From an uncultured delta proteobacterium (GTDB lineage: Bacteria; Desulfobacterota; Desulfobacteria; Desulfobacterales; B30-G6), in contig CAWGLD010000004.1 in NCBI GenBank assembly GCA_963823335.1, forward strand, positions 192,001-256,000: a stretch of DNA of 64,000 nt. Reading direction: 5' to 3'. A model generated the notes under the pieces. It was given only the letters and a program-made list of their open reading frames with translations. It ran no database searches and was not told where the DNA came from. Position numbers and translations under genes: made by a program. Shown in pieces: positions 40,105-50,095 of this stretch. Numbering within the stretch: position 1 is the stretch's first letter; the number at the start of each line of letters is the position of its first letter.

Positions 40105-41850
40105 TCAGCTTTTCCGGGTCAGGTAACCGACGATGTCGCTGGCAATCCTGGCTGTCGATTGAACGATACTGCGGGCCATGCTGGCGTCTATTATCTGGCC
40201 ACGTGTCATGGCGCCGACAGCATATATGGCATTGGACGGGGTAATTGTATTGTCGGGTCCCATTTTTATGATCTTGTGTGATCCTGGATCGATCCATACG
40301 CTGCCTGTTTCATGAACCTGTGTCGTTGGTTTCGATCCTGCAGCAGTCTTCGAGTTCGAATATTCTTTTTTGACCACATGTCGGATCTCGGTTGTCTGAA
40401 CGGTTCCGGACAGACGTAAATTCCTTGCCAAAGCCGAAGGGTCGCTTTCCAATGATTTTTTCTGCCCGCGTGCATCGACGACATAGCGGTAGACATCTTT
40501 CTTTTCAATGCCCTGCATGTCTCTGTAGATCAATTCATAAGCCGCCGGGTTTTCATTTTTTATCAGGCGATACTCCTTGCCAAGCTTGACGACCTCGACT
40601 ATACCGGTCTTCATCAGGGCCAGCAGCTTTTCAGCGTTAACCGATGGCTGGACTGCGGCGTGGGTGAAAAAAACAGAACTGTATTTTCCATCAAACCGCT
40701 TTCTTTCTTCAAAGGTCAGGTTCACGTACACGTCCCTTACCAAATCAAAGGTCTGGTGCAACACGGTCTGCCAGATGAGTTCCTTGTCGGGGCCATCCCC
40801 GTTTATGGCTTCATCCAAATATCTTCGCAAAAGATCTGAAGGTTTGTCGCTTGGGTTGACGATCTCCTCCCAATTAATCTTATGACCATAAGCATCTTCC
40901 AGATCCGAATTCAAAAGGTTAAAGATGACATCCAAGGTCAAATTTTCACCATTTTCAGATAGCAGCCGAACAATTTCTTCACGATGCATAAACTTATTTT
41001 CACGTTTTCCCATCTTGCCTCTGACTTTCGGCAACAAGCCCCGTCTGGAGTAAAGGACAAACGTTCTTGGATTTTCCGGAGGTTTGTAGGCCAGTTCACC
41101 GGTTCGAGAACGGACGAATTCACCCTCCGAAGTGAGCGTCAGAACGGTCTCGATGGCACTGAGGCTGGTACCAATAATGGCCACTCTTTCACCCTTGGGA
41201 ATGCTACCCAACAACTTTTTAGCAGGCCAGGGAGATGTAAAATAGCCATCCCTATCATTTTTTTCATTCCAATGGCCGGTGGCAAGCAAAACACGGTCAG
41301 CATCTCTTGAAAAAACCGTTTCCGAATCGAGATCGTTGATGCTCAGCTGGATCGTGTCTCCGTTCTGTCGCAGATCAACCACTTCGGACCGTGGATATAG
41401 GCGTATCTCCAGACCAATTTCGCGGCCTGAACGAACGGCATTCTGAAATCTATCCTTTAAATACTCTCCCATGATTGCTCGAGGATAATGACGGCAGCCC
41501 CCCTTCTCGTCGTCCGTCATTGAACACCATTCACGAAACCAATTAAAACGTTCTTTAAGTTGATTAAAATTGTCAGATACCCAATCCTGAAAGTCCCGGG
41601 GGTTACCGTCTATAATGCCCATTTCAGATGCACACATGTTGGTGATATGAAAGGGACACGCAAAGCGGTCACTGTGGGGAAAGCCGGGTCCGAAAATATC
41701 CCCCTTATGAAACACCTGGACGGTCATCAGGGAAAAGTCCAGCAGATTGTTAGCGGCTTTCGTCTTCAGCATGGCTATCAGCTGCGTCAGCATGGCCGTA
41801 GCGGCCAATCCGCCGCCGATTATAGCAAAATTAAAGCGCTTGGTTTCCAA
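40105..41850 (-). CDS. FAD/NAD(P)-binding protein (YdhS-like)
   Basis: AIIGGG, YPRAIMGEYL, LLATGH, IIGTSLSAIE, SRRGLLP. Confidence 0.8.
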   Translation of the reverse strand: METKRFNFAIIGGGLAATAMLTQLIAMLKTKAANNLLDFSLMTVQVFHKGDIFGPGFPHSDRFACPFHITNMCASEMGIIDGNPRDFQDWVSDNFNQLKERFNWFREWCSMTDDEKGGCRHYPRAIMGEYLKDRFQNAVRSGREIGLEIRLYPRSEVVDLRQNGDTIQLSINDLDSETVFSRDADRVLLATGHWNEKNDRDGYFTSPWPAKKLLGSIPKGERVAIIGTSLSAIETVLTLTSEGEFVRSRTGELAYKPPENPRTFVLYSRRGLLPKVRGKMGKRENKFMHREEIVRLLSENGENLTLDVIFNLLNSDLEDAYGHKINWEEIVNPSDKPSDLLRRYLDEAINGDGPDKELIWQTVLHQTFDLVRDVYVNLTFEERKRFDGKYSSVFFTHAAVQPSVNAEKLLALMKTGIVEVVKLGKEYRLIKNENPAAYELIYRDMQGIEKKDVYRYVVDARGQKKSLESDPSALARNLRLSGTVQTTEIRHVVKKEYSNSKTAAGSKPTTQVHETGSVWIDPGSHKIIKMGPDNTITPSNAIYAVGAMTRGQIIDASMARSIVQSTARIASDIVGYLTRKS

Positions 41851-42053
41851 TTCTCTTGATTCTCATCTGTTTGTGTGTGGTTTGTCCTATCATTCCGCTT
41901 GTCTTTTTCTGATATTGATTTATGACGATTCATGCTCAATATATATAGTTAATAAATGTGTCCCGAGTCAAACACGCGACGCCAACACCAATCGGAATGC
42001 TGTTATGACAATAACGACAGCTTTCATACCCGTTATGGTATAGAGGTGAATTT

Positions 42054-42593
42054 ATGCGAAAAGCCACACTTATCTCAATAGTTCTTGTTTATAGCATGAT
42101 TGTGGGGTGTCAGACAACGAAGCCGATTCACACGGTTGAATCGGTAGACCTGAAACGTTTCATGGGCGACTGGTATGTGATCGCCAGCATACCGACATTT
42201 ATCGAGAAAGATGCTTACAATGCACTTGAGTCCTACCGCCTCGATCCTGACGGCACCATTGCCACGACTTTCCGGTTCAACAAGGGCGGTCTGGACGGTC
42301 CATTGAAAGAATACAAGCCCCGGGGATTTGTGAAGGACACTGGTTCCAACGCTGTGTGGGGCATGCAGTTTATCTGGCCCATCAAGGCAGAGTACCGGAT
42401 CATTTACCTGACAGAGGATTACACCCAAACGGTCATTGGGCGTTCGAAAAGAGATTATGTATGGATTATGGCGCGCCAGCCAGCCATTCCAGATGATGAC
42501 TACCGGCGCATCTTGGATTTTATATTGGAGCAAGGATATCTGCTGGAGAATCTGAAAAGAGTTAGACATGCTGCCAATGAAGATGCCCCATAA
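42054..42593 (+). CDS. blc: bacterial lipocalin (Blc-like lipoprotein)
   Basis: Lipobox IVGC, VDLKRFMGDWYVIA, YVWIMAR. Confidence 0.9.
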   Translation: MRKATLISIVLVYSMIVGCQTTKPIHTVESVDLKRFMGDWYVIASIPTFIEKDAYNALESYRLDPDGTIATTFRFNKGGLDGPLKEYKPRGFVKDTGSNAVWGMQFIWPIKAEYRIIYLTEDYTQTVIGRSKRDYVWIMARQPAIPDDDYRRILDFILEQGYLLENLKRVRHAANEDAP

Positions 42594-42635
42594 AATCACG
42601 GTGTGATTCTATGGGGGCATTCATTTGGGCACCGC

Positions 42636-42872
42636 TTACATGCCACCGACAGCCGGGGCGAAACCGACGCGGTCTCCATCCGACAAAACCGAATCCAGCG
42701 CAACCACACGGCTGTTGACAAATACAATCTTTATGTCTTCATCCGCAATACCGGCTTCACGGGCCAGATCAGCAACGGTCTTTCCTTCCGTCAGTGTGTA
42801 GGCAGTGCTATCACGAAAATCGCAAGTCCCGGGTTCAACCAACGTTGCAAAGCATTTCAAGTCTATTTTCAT
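42636..42872 (-). CDS. MoaD/ThiS family ubiquitin-like protein
   Basis: IVFVN, LSDGDRVGFAPAVGGM. Confidence 0.85.
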   Translation of the reverse strand: MKIDLKCFATLVEPGTCDFRDSTAYTLTEGKTVADLAREAGIADEDIKIVFVNSRVVALDSVLSDGDRVGFAPAVGGM

Positions 42873-43029
42873 AATCAACTCCTTGATTGGTGGGTTAATT
42901 TATATCACTCTACAAAGATAACGCTATGTTGCCACTTATCAATAGGTATATAACAATGGGTATTTAGGGGTATAAAAACATTGTTTAATGACAGGTTGGA
43001 CAGAATACCAACCCGTTCGTATCTGCATA

Positions 43030-43962
43030 TCAGGGAACCACCCATAGAGCGCCGTCGGACAGGTTGTTGATCATGTAGCGGGAAACACTGCCCATGAAAA
43101 AAGACCTGTCGATACCGCGACGGCCGACAACCAGAGTATGGTAATCTCCTTTTTCAGCAAAATCCATGACCGCCTTTCCGATGCGTCTTCGGCCCTCAAT
43201 GGTTTCAAATCGCACCCGTTCCGCCGTAATGCCGGCCTGCTTAAACTTTTCCAACGCACGGGTGTAAAACTGGTCGATACAGGCTTTGTCGCCACGAACG
43301 ATGATGTCTTCCAACTCAGTATCAGGTGGATCCTCCATTTCGATCTCGCAGGTGTTACGGTTATTGCCGGCGACGTGCAGAAGGGTCATCGGTGTTTCTG
43401 AATTACCGCTCATCATAAAACTGACATGATCGACCACGCGCAAGGAAGCCTCGGAACCGTCTACCGCCACCAGCAACTCGCCGGCACCCGCCTCGCCATC
43501 CACCAACCAGACCGGGATCACCTGGGATTGCTCCAGAATGTTGGCCGTGACACTGCCGGAGTAAAGCCTGGCAATACCAGACAAGCCCCGTCGCCCAACC
43601 ACGATGGCATCGTATCGCCCCTGCTGTGCAAACTCAATGATATCCTTGGCAAACCCGAGTTTTCGTGCACGGGTCACCCCTTCGATGCGATTGGAGGCGA
43701 TACCCCTGTCGACCATGTCGTTCTGGTAGTCATCCAGCAGAGACTGGGCCAAGCGGGCATTCCTGTTTGAAATCGTTTCCATTTTTTTTCTGGCCAAAAC
43801 GCTGGTCCGCGCCTCCTCTTTCAGAAAAAGGGATACCATCGGCTGAACATGAAGTAAAACGAAATGCAAATCCGGTATCATGGCGGATATCTGGACGGCG
43901 TAGTCCAGTGCCAGTTTTGAGGGACGGGTATTATCGACAGCCAACAATATTTTCCTATTCAT
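43030..43962 (-). CDS. universal stress protein, tandem USP domains
   Basis: ILLAVD...VVGRRG...GSV occurs twice. Confidence 0.92.
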   Translation of the reverse strand: MNRKILLAVDNTRPSKLALDYAVQISAMIPDLHFVLLHVQPMVSLFLKEEARTSVLARKKMETISNRNARLAQSLLDDYQNDMVDRGIASNRIEGVTRARKLGFAKDIIEFAQQGRYDAIVVGRRGLSGIARLYSGSVTANILEQSQVIPVWLVDGEAGAGELLVAVDGSEASLRVVDHVSFMMSGNSETPMTLLHVAGNNRNTCEIEMEDPPDTELEDIIVRGDKACIDQFYTRALEKFKQAGITAERVRFETIEGRRRIGKAVMDFAEKGDYHTLVVGRRGIDRSFFMGSVSRYMINNLSDGALWVVP

Positions 43963-44195
43963 CCGTCTTCTCCTTTCCTCGCAAGTATTCTTTAGTTTCA
44001 GTCAACTCCTTTACAAGCAGGTGGTTGTTCACGTTGTTCCGGTAGGCCATGATGATCAGTTTGACGGACACCAGGAAGACGCCCGCCTCCAAAAAAAGAT
44101 CGTGCGTAAATCCCTGGGTGAACAGGGCCAGGAACAAACAAAACAAATGTTGTCAGGATAACCATCAAAGATCCCGCATCAAAATACTTGTACAT
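43955..44195 (-). pseudogene. small membrane protein with a frameshift near 44135
   Basis: MYKYFDAGSLMVILTTFVLF continues in another frame as LALFTQGFTHDLFLEAGVFLVSVKLII...; the shift lies in a TTTG-repetitive tract. Confidence 0.6.
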
Positions 44196-44225
44196 GTTGC
44201 CTCTCCTTTCTAAACGTGGTCACAT

Positions 44226-45191
44226 CTACAGTTCAATATTGGACACCTGTTTCCTCACAATACCGATCGCCTCTTGGCGCCCGAGCTTTCGAATCAGGGA
44301 ATACAAACGACCACAATCATCCAATGACAATTTTCCGACCAGCTGAATACAGGCCTTCTCATCGCGAAGATGCGGCAAGCTCTCTGAATCTTCGCGTTCA
44401 CCTTTGGCGATCAGTTTGTTATATATTAATGCACGCGCAGCCAGAAGCATTTCCCGATCCGGCCACTTCAACTCAGGATGAAATACATACAACAGGGTCA
44501 ATTGATCACCCGGACCGTATAGACGGCCCCGCATATCTAAGCGCTTTAAAGATGCATCGGCCAGAAAAACTGTCTGCAAGCGTTCGGGTTCGGTCAATTG
44601 CCGCAGCAACAGACCGCGCAAAGGGTAATGCATCAGCCCGGCTTCGATGAATACGGAAGCGCTATCATTCACCAACTCTATCAACGCTTGTGCCCGGAGA
44701 GTGTCCCGCAGTCGGAAACGGGCAGCATCCTGTCTTGCAAAATGCCTTACAGCCGTTATCATCGCCTCAAACGACCCCGACATCGAGACGTGATAAAAAT
44801 TCAGTAGTGAACCGGTGGCATTGTGTTCCGCCGTATATACGAGATGCTGGACCGAGTTCCGAGCAATATCCCCAGGCCGAAACCCATCGGCAAAAAGATC
44901 GTGAATGCCTGATAGCGCTTCCAAATAAGGCTCCACCTGGTGGATGGTCTTATTCTGAGCGGACATCTTCTGCAGCAAATGGCACATCCTCCGACTGAAC
45001 ACCGGATATTCCAAATCTTGCTGCATCAGATAACCATCGATACTGATGCCACCCGTAAGCATCTGGGTAAAATTCTGATCGGGCGGCTCTTCCAGAAGAA
45101 TCCTATCACAAGACCCCATCCAGTCCATCAAGACGGGAACCATCTCCGGTCGATGTATGCTCAGCCCTAATATGATCCTGTTTGAAGGCAT
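44226..45191 (-). CDS. hypothetical protein
   Basis: Long ORF in an operon; TGATG overlap with the upstream small ORF. Confidence 0.7.
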   Translation of the reverse strand: MPSNRIILGLSIHRPEMVPVLMDWMGSCDRILLEEPPDQNFTQMLTGGISIDGYLMQQDLEYPVFSRRMCHLLQKMSAQNKTIHQVEPYLEALSGIHDLFADGFRPGDIARNSVQHLVYTAEHNATGSLLNFYHVSMSGSFEAMITAVRHFARQDAARFRLRDTLRAQALIELVNDSASVFIEAGLMHYPLRGLLLRQLTEPERLQTVFLADASLKRLDMRGRLYGPGDQLTLLYVFHPELKWPDREMLLAARALIYNKLIAKGEREDSESLPHLRDEKACIQLVGKLSLDDCGRLYSLIRKLGRQEAIGIVRKQVSNIEL

Positions 45192-45370
45192 CAAGAGTCT
45201 TTTATCTCGATATTCCCTGAGTAGCGCTCAACCACATCCTTTTCAACACACTCATCAATTACCTCGTTTTCAGAAGGCGCACCATCTGCTACCATGGGGC
45301 AATAGTGATCGGTTCCTTGCGGACCCTTGACCTTGGTATATTCTTTTTGGGATTCGGTTTTCATTTTCAT
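45191..45370 (-). CDS. 59-aa two-Cys small protein (not in the ORF track)
   Basis: MKMKTESQKEYTKVKGPQGTDHYCPMVADGAPSENEVIDECVEKDVVERYSGNIEIKDS; RBS GAGGTG; stop overlaps the next start. Confidence 0.7.
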   Translation of the reverse strand: MKMKTESQKEYTKVKGPQGTDHYCPMVADGAPSENEVIDECVEKDVVERYSGNIEIKDS

Positions 45371-45461
45371 TCACCTCACTTATTGGTTCTTAACTTCGTT
45401 AAACCGATAATTCCTTAGGAGTCTAAATTTGCACAAGCTCAGGATTTATCAGCACAGAACA

Positions 45462-46676
45462 TCAGCCGGATTGTTTTCTACCCCAGACCGCATACAGCGG
45501 ATCCGAATAAACAAATTCAGGAAAGTATTTGTCATCATGCGGCCGTGGCAGACCCCGCATGGAATAGGTATGCAAGCCTTCGAACGCCTCGGTTTGCATG
45601 AAGTACTCCAGTACCAGCCCCATGCGTTCGAACTCGTGCAGCTCCGTCCACAGTCGTATGGCCTTGGTGGGAAACCAGCGGTTGGAAAATGTGACCACCA
45701 GACAGCCACCCGGTTTCAGGACCCGGGCCACCTCGTCAAAAACCGTCAAGGGATCGATGAGGTACTCCACCGAAACCGTGCAGAGGACAGCGTCAAAAAC
45801 ATTGGCGTCATAAGGTAGCCGTGGATTGGCGTTTAAATCCTGAACAATCGATTCGGTCAATTGGCGGTTGCGGTTCAGCTCGCTTTGATTGAGTCCCAGC
45901 CCCACCAGACGTTTCAAGCGATGGCGCCTGGGGATGTGAGACTGCCAGCTGCCCATGAGATCGAGCACCTGCATGTCATCGCCCAAAAAACGGTTGTAGG
46001 TGTTTTTCACCATGGACAAGGCCGTGTCGTCCAGGTGCTGCGTAAAACGCGGTTTGCGGTAAAAAAGAGCATCATTTGTTGAATCTTGGCGCTCAAATGC
46101 GACGTCATTCAGGTAATCGGAGGCCTGATCAAGCCATCGTGCCTGCATCCCGGGACCGTCGGTGAGCCGCTCCATCCAGTCGATACTGGTACCGCCACGC
46201 TCGATCTGCTTGGGTTCGATTTTCCCGATAATGGTCGAAAGATGCAGATCCTTATCGGCCAAGGGATGGTTGAAATCGACGGAAAGGTTGCCGTTGTTGA
46301 TCCCGACACATCGAAACGGGGTTATGTTGTTCCTGAAAACCCCACGGACGTCAGTTAAGAGCCCTTTGGGATAAAAGCGCCCCATCCGGGGGTTTGCCTG
46401 ATGAATTCCCACCCGGTCCGCATTAAACTGTCTGCGCTTAATCTTCATCAATTGGCGTGTTTCAAAGGCCGGGACTGCCTGTCCGCTGTCGAAACTCAGC
46501 AGGATGTCATCTCCCCCTTGCCTGCCCATGAGACGCTCGCCCAGACCTGCTGGAAGTATATCCCGCCACATGTTGGCCTGGTTGGCTTGAAAACAGTCTG
46601 TATGGGTTACATTACCACTTTTCCACTTGAGCTGAAAAAGCAGATCGACTTTGCTGTCTGTATCGATTCGTTTCAT
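45462..46676 (-). CDS. class I SAM methyltransferase with SlyD/FKBP-like N-terminal region
   Basis: VDFNHPLA in the N-half; FYRKPRFTQHLD, VLDLMGSWQSH, TFSNRWFPTKA in the C-half; RBS GGAGG. Confidence 0.8.
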   Translation of the reverse strand: MKRIDTDSKVDLLFQLKWKSGNVTHTDCFQANQANMWRDILPAGLGERLMGRQGGDDILLSFDSGQAVPAFETRQLMKIKRRQFNADRVGIHQANPRMGRFYPKGLLTDVRGVFRNNITPFRCVGINNGNLSVDFNHPLADKDLHLSTIIGKIEPKQIERGGTSIDWMERLTDGPGMQARWLDQASDYLNDVAFERQDSTNDALFYRKPRFTQHLDDTALSMVKNTYNRFLGDDMQVLDLMGSWQSHIPRRHRLKRLVGLGLNQSELNRNRQLTESIVQDLNANPRLPYDANVFDAVLCTVSVEYLIDPLTVFDEVARVLKPGGCLVVTFSNRWFPTKAIRLWTELHEFERMGLVLEYFMQTEAFEGLHTYSMRGLPRPHDDKYFPEFVYSDPLYAVWGRKQSG

Positions 46677-46788
46677 TTTGGTTCCTCCATGATGATAGCG
46701 CTTCATGATCGGGACGTCCTGTTTCTCACTCGTCAAAATATATAAACGAAACATCACAATTCAATAGGGGAAGGATAAGGTTAAGTTG

Positions 46789-46803
46789 ATAGGTAAAAAC
46801 TAT
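46789..46803 (-). promoter_or_regulatory. regulon box upstream of the methyltransferase operon
   Basis: Minus strand ATAGTTTTTACCTAT (identical to 36559-36573), then 24 nt, then TTGAAT. Confidence 0.75.
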
Positions 46804-46887
46804 TAACAATGGCAGCCACAAGCATAAAACATTTAGGAGTATATTGCTTAATGCTTAGGTTATAGTTCTTGAAAAAAATCATCCCTG

Positions 46888-47790
46888 TTAGCTCAGGGAC
46901 ATCAGATACGAGCGTAGATTTGTTTGCTTGTTGGTGAGACCAAACTTGGTACGCAGATTTTTGCGGTGAAAATTGACGGTTGCCTCGGAAACGATCAGAA
47001 TATCGGCAATTTCTTTGCTGGTTTTGCCATCCTTGACAAGGGTTGCCACCTGCATTTCCTGGGGCGTCAGGAGAATATTGGCGTTGGTCAGATTCTGCAT
47101 CAGGGGTGTAATGATATCCTGCAGGTGAGCGTCTATAATTTCTACCAGGATCTTGTCCTTGGCTTTTAAAGGCACATTTTTCAGTTTTTCCACGTAGGGC
47201 AGAACCAAGCCCTTGATGTTGGTCAAAAAGCGCTTTTCAAGTTCGCGTCTGTCCTCTTCCCGCTGCTTCAAAAGAACTTTCAGGGCCACATTGGCTTCTT
47301 CCAGCCCCTGCTTTTGATCATGGAGTTTCTCTTGACTCTCCAAAAGCGCCTGCTCGGTGAGTTTCAAGGCTGTAATTTCTTCATGACTGACCACGACCCG
47401 CACTGGATCCGTATCCGGAATACGGATCACCCGCATGTAAAACCAGTGCTGGCTTCCGGGCTGATGGCAGGGGTAATCGTATAAAAACTCATCCAGTTGC
47501 TTGTCGATAACAGCCCGAATGCCCGTAGCCACCTTACAGGCATCCTGGCTGTCATTCCCGCTGGTGATGTCACAGGTAGAAAGATAATTAACGCCATGGA
47601 AGTTATGACCGGGAGGCAAGCCCCCCTGGGTGGCGTGATTCTGCCAGGCACGGTTGGTCGCCCGAATAACGCCGTCGTGGTCCAGAATGGCGATGTGCGC
47701 GGACAAAGCATCAAAAGCGAAGCGGGCCAGAGATTCCGAGAAATGAAGGGTTTCAGGATTTGGGGTGGTATCGGTGGGGTGAATCGTCAT
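46888..47790 (-). CDS. PAS-domain LuxR-family transcriptional regulator
   Basis: PAS (HIAILDHDGVIRATNRAW...NYL..C...YPCH...WF), coiled coil, HTH LTPQEMQVA...KEIA...TVNFHRKNLRTK. Confidence 0.9.
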   Translation of the reverse strand: MTIHPTDTTPNPETLHFSESLARFAFDALSAHIAILDHDGVIRATNRAWQNHATQGGLPPGHNFHGVNYLSTCDITSGNDSQDACKVATGIRAVIDKQLDEFLYDYPCHQPGSQHWFYMRVIRIPDTDPVRVVVSHEEITALKLTEQALLESQEKLHDQKQGLEEANVALKVLLKQREEDRRELEKRFLTNIKGLVLPYVEKLKNVPLKAKDKILVEIIDAHLQDIITPLMQNLTNANILLTPQEMQVATLVKDGKTSKEIADILIVSEATVNFHRKNLRTKFGLTNKQTNLRSYLMSLS

Positions 47791-48072
47791 GGGTTTGTTC
47801 CTCTTGAGATCGGTTGTTGGCAATAAATTGAACAATACACCAATTGGCCTATTGTTTCAATCAATGGATCGTTTGCAACCATTCACGCGGCTATCTTGGA
47901 TACCCATCCGTTTTCATCTGCATCGGCTCTGTAAAGATCCGTGTATCTGGCAGCTACAACCCGGTTGACAGGTCATCATTCCTCGGGTAAGAATTAATGT
48001 AATCATTCTTCTTATAGCGTTCTATAATATACTCTTCCCATAAATTTAGCGAGTCAAATGGAGGAAACCCGG

Positions 48073-49317
48073 ATGCGCATTGCCATTATCGGTGCAGGCA
48101 TCTCCGGCCTGGTCACCGCCTATCTGCTGAGTGAATCGCATGAGATCGTTGTGTACGAAGCGAATGACTTCATTGGCGGGCACACCCACACCATTGATGT
48201 GCCCCTGAAAGATCGTACCTATGCCGTGGATACGGGGTTTATCGTGTTTAACGAAAACACCTATCCGAATTTTATCAACTTGATGGAACGGTTGGGCGTT
48301 GCGTGGCAGCCTTCCAGCATGAGCTTCAGTGTGCAATGTGAAAAGACCGGTCTCTATTTTTGCCCCAGTAGCTTAAACAGCATGTTTGCCCAGCGCAGGA
48401 ATCTGTTTCGACCGGCTTTTTATCGCATGCTCACCGATGCCTTGCGCTTCAGACGGGAAGCATTAGAATTGATGGAGACCGACGACTATAGCATAACCTT
48501 GGCGGAATACCTGGACACAAAGAACTATGGCCCATATTTTATAGACAATTTTATCATCCCCATGGGGGAAGCCATTTGGTCGGCGGATCCGGTGCAATTC
48601 AGGGAGTTTCCGGCACGCTATCTGGTTGAATTCTTTAACAACCATGGTGTCCTGAATATTCACAATCAACCTCAATGGCTGGTGATCAAAGGCGGCTCCA
48701 GACAATATATCGAGCCCCTCACCCGCCCCTTCCACAAAGATATCCGGCTCAGTATGCCGGTATCCTCCGTTCAACGCTTCGAAGACCGGGTGGAAATTAC
48801 GGCCCAAGGAGAAACTGAATCCTTCGATCAGGTGGTCCTGGCTGCTCACAGTGATCAGGCCCTGCGGATGCTGGCGGATCCCACCGATCTGGAACATGAT
48901 ATCTTGGGCGTCATCCCCTATCAAGAAAATGTGGCCGTACTCCACACCGATGTCACTCTCATGCCTAAGAAAAAAATCGCCTGGGCCAGTTGGAATTATC
49001 ATGTGCCCAAAGCAGAAACGGGACGTGTTGCCCTGACCTATGATATGAACCGTCTGCAGTCCCTGGATGCGCCAGAGGAGTTCTGTGTCACCCTTAATAT
49101 GTCCGAGGCAATCCACCCCCAGAAAATAATCGAATCCCTTGTGTACCACCACCCGGTATACGATCCCAAGAGCCTGAACGCCCGTCGCAGTCAAGATGAC
49201 GTGAACGGACAAAACCGAACCTATTACTGTGGGGCCTATTGGGGCTATGGATTTCATGAGGATGGCGTTAACAGCGCCCTGGCAGTATGCAAACACTTTG
49301 GAAAACATCTGTCATGA
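48073..49317 (+). CDS. FAD-dependent oxidoreductase (UfaD/RSP1091-like desaturase)
   Basis: IIGAGISGL, GGHTHT, VDTGFIVFN..TYPNF, CGAYWGYGFHEDG. Confidence 0.88.
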   Translation: MRIAIIGAGISGLVTAYLLSESHEIVVYEANDFIGGHTHTIDVPLKDRTYAVDTGFIVFNENTYPNFINLMERLGVAWQPSSMSFSVQCEKTGLYFCPSSLNSMFAQRRNLFRPAFYRMLTDALRFRREALELMETDDYSITLAEYLDTKNYGPYFIDNFIIPMGEAIWSADPVQFREFPARYLVEFFNNHGVLNIHNQPQWLVIKGGSRQYIEPLTRPFHKDIRLSMPVSSVQRFEDRVEITAQGETESFDQVVLAAHSDQALRMLADPTDLEHDILGVIPYQENVAVLHTDVTLMPKKKIAWASWNYHVPKAETGRVALTYDMNRLQSLDAPEEFCVTLNMSEAIHPQKIIESLVYHHPVYDPKSLNARRSQDDVNGQNRTYYCGAYWGYGFHEDGVNSALAVCKHFGKHLS

Positions 49318-50075
49318 TCAAGAGCTGTATATACGAAGGCACGGTCCGCCACCGGCGATTCCGGCCCCGGCCGAACAAATTCCAGTATCGGCTGTTTTTC
49401 ATGTATCTGGATCTGGATGAACTGCCGACCGTATTCGATATGCACCCATTGTGGTCAAACCAGCAGGTCAATCTGGCCTATTTGCGTCGCAGAGACCATT
49501 TCGGAGATCCCAAAATACCCATCAAACAGTCGGTTCAGGACCTGGTTGAAGAACGTCTGGGCCAGCGCCCCGGGGGACCCATACGAATGCTGACCCATTT
49601 GCGCTATTTCGGCCACTGTTTTAATCCGGCCAGTTTCTATTATTGCTACAACCAGGAAGATACTGATGTGGAAACCATTGTATTGGAAATCCACAATACG
49701 CCCTGGGGAGAGCACTTTTGCTACGTAATGGGCAGAGAGGAGAACCTGCATCCATTCAAGGACTGGCGTCGGCATACCGGCGAGAAAGTCTTTCACGTCT
49801 CACCCTTTATTGACATGGATATCCGCTATGATTGGCGTTTTCGATTGCCGGGCGACACCCTCAGTGTTCATATCATCGATTATCAGAAAGACAGTAAACT
49901 GTTCGATGCCACCCTGATGCTGCAGCGTCGCAGCCTCGATCGTCGGGCATTGACGCGCCTACTGCTCATCTATCCAGCCATGACCGTCAAAGTAGTCACC
50001 CTGATCTATTGGCAGGCCTTACGTTTGGTCCTGAAAAAGACCCCTTTTTTTACCCATCCGAAAAAAAAGGGATGA
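49314..50075 (+). CDS. DUF1365 protein (UfaO/RSP1090-like)
   Basis: YEGTVRHRRF, FNPASFYYC, EIHNTPWGE, FHVSPF, IYWQAL. Confidence 0.9.
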   Translation: MIKSCIYEGTVRHRRFRPRPNKFQYRLFFMYLDLDELPTVFDMHPLWSNQQVNLAYLRRRDHFGDPKIPIKQSVQDLVEERLGQRPGGPIRMLTHLRYFGHCFNPASFYYCYNQEDTDVETIVLEIHNTPWGEHFCYVMGREENLHPFKDWRRHTGEKVFHVSPFIDMDIRYDWRFRLPGDTLSVHIIDYQKDSKLFDATLMLQRRSLDRRALTRLLLIYPAMTVKVVTLIYWQALRLVLKKTPFFTHPKKKG

Positions 50076-50095
50076 ATTTTTGAAAGGATTGTCAC

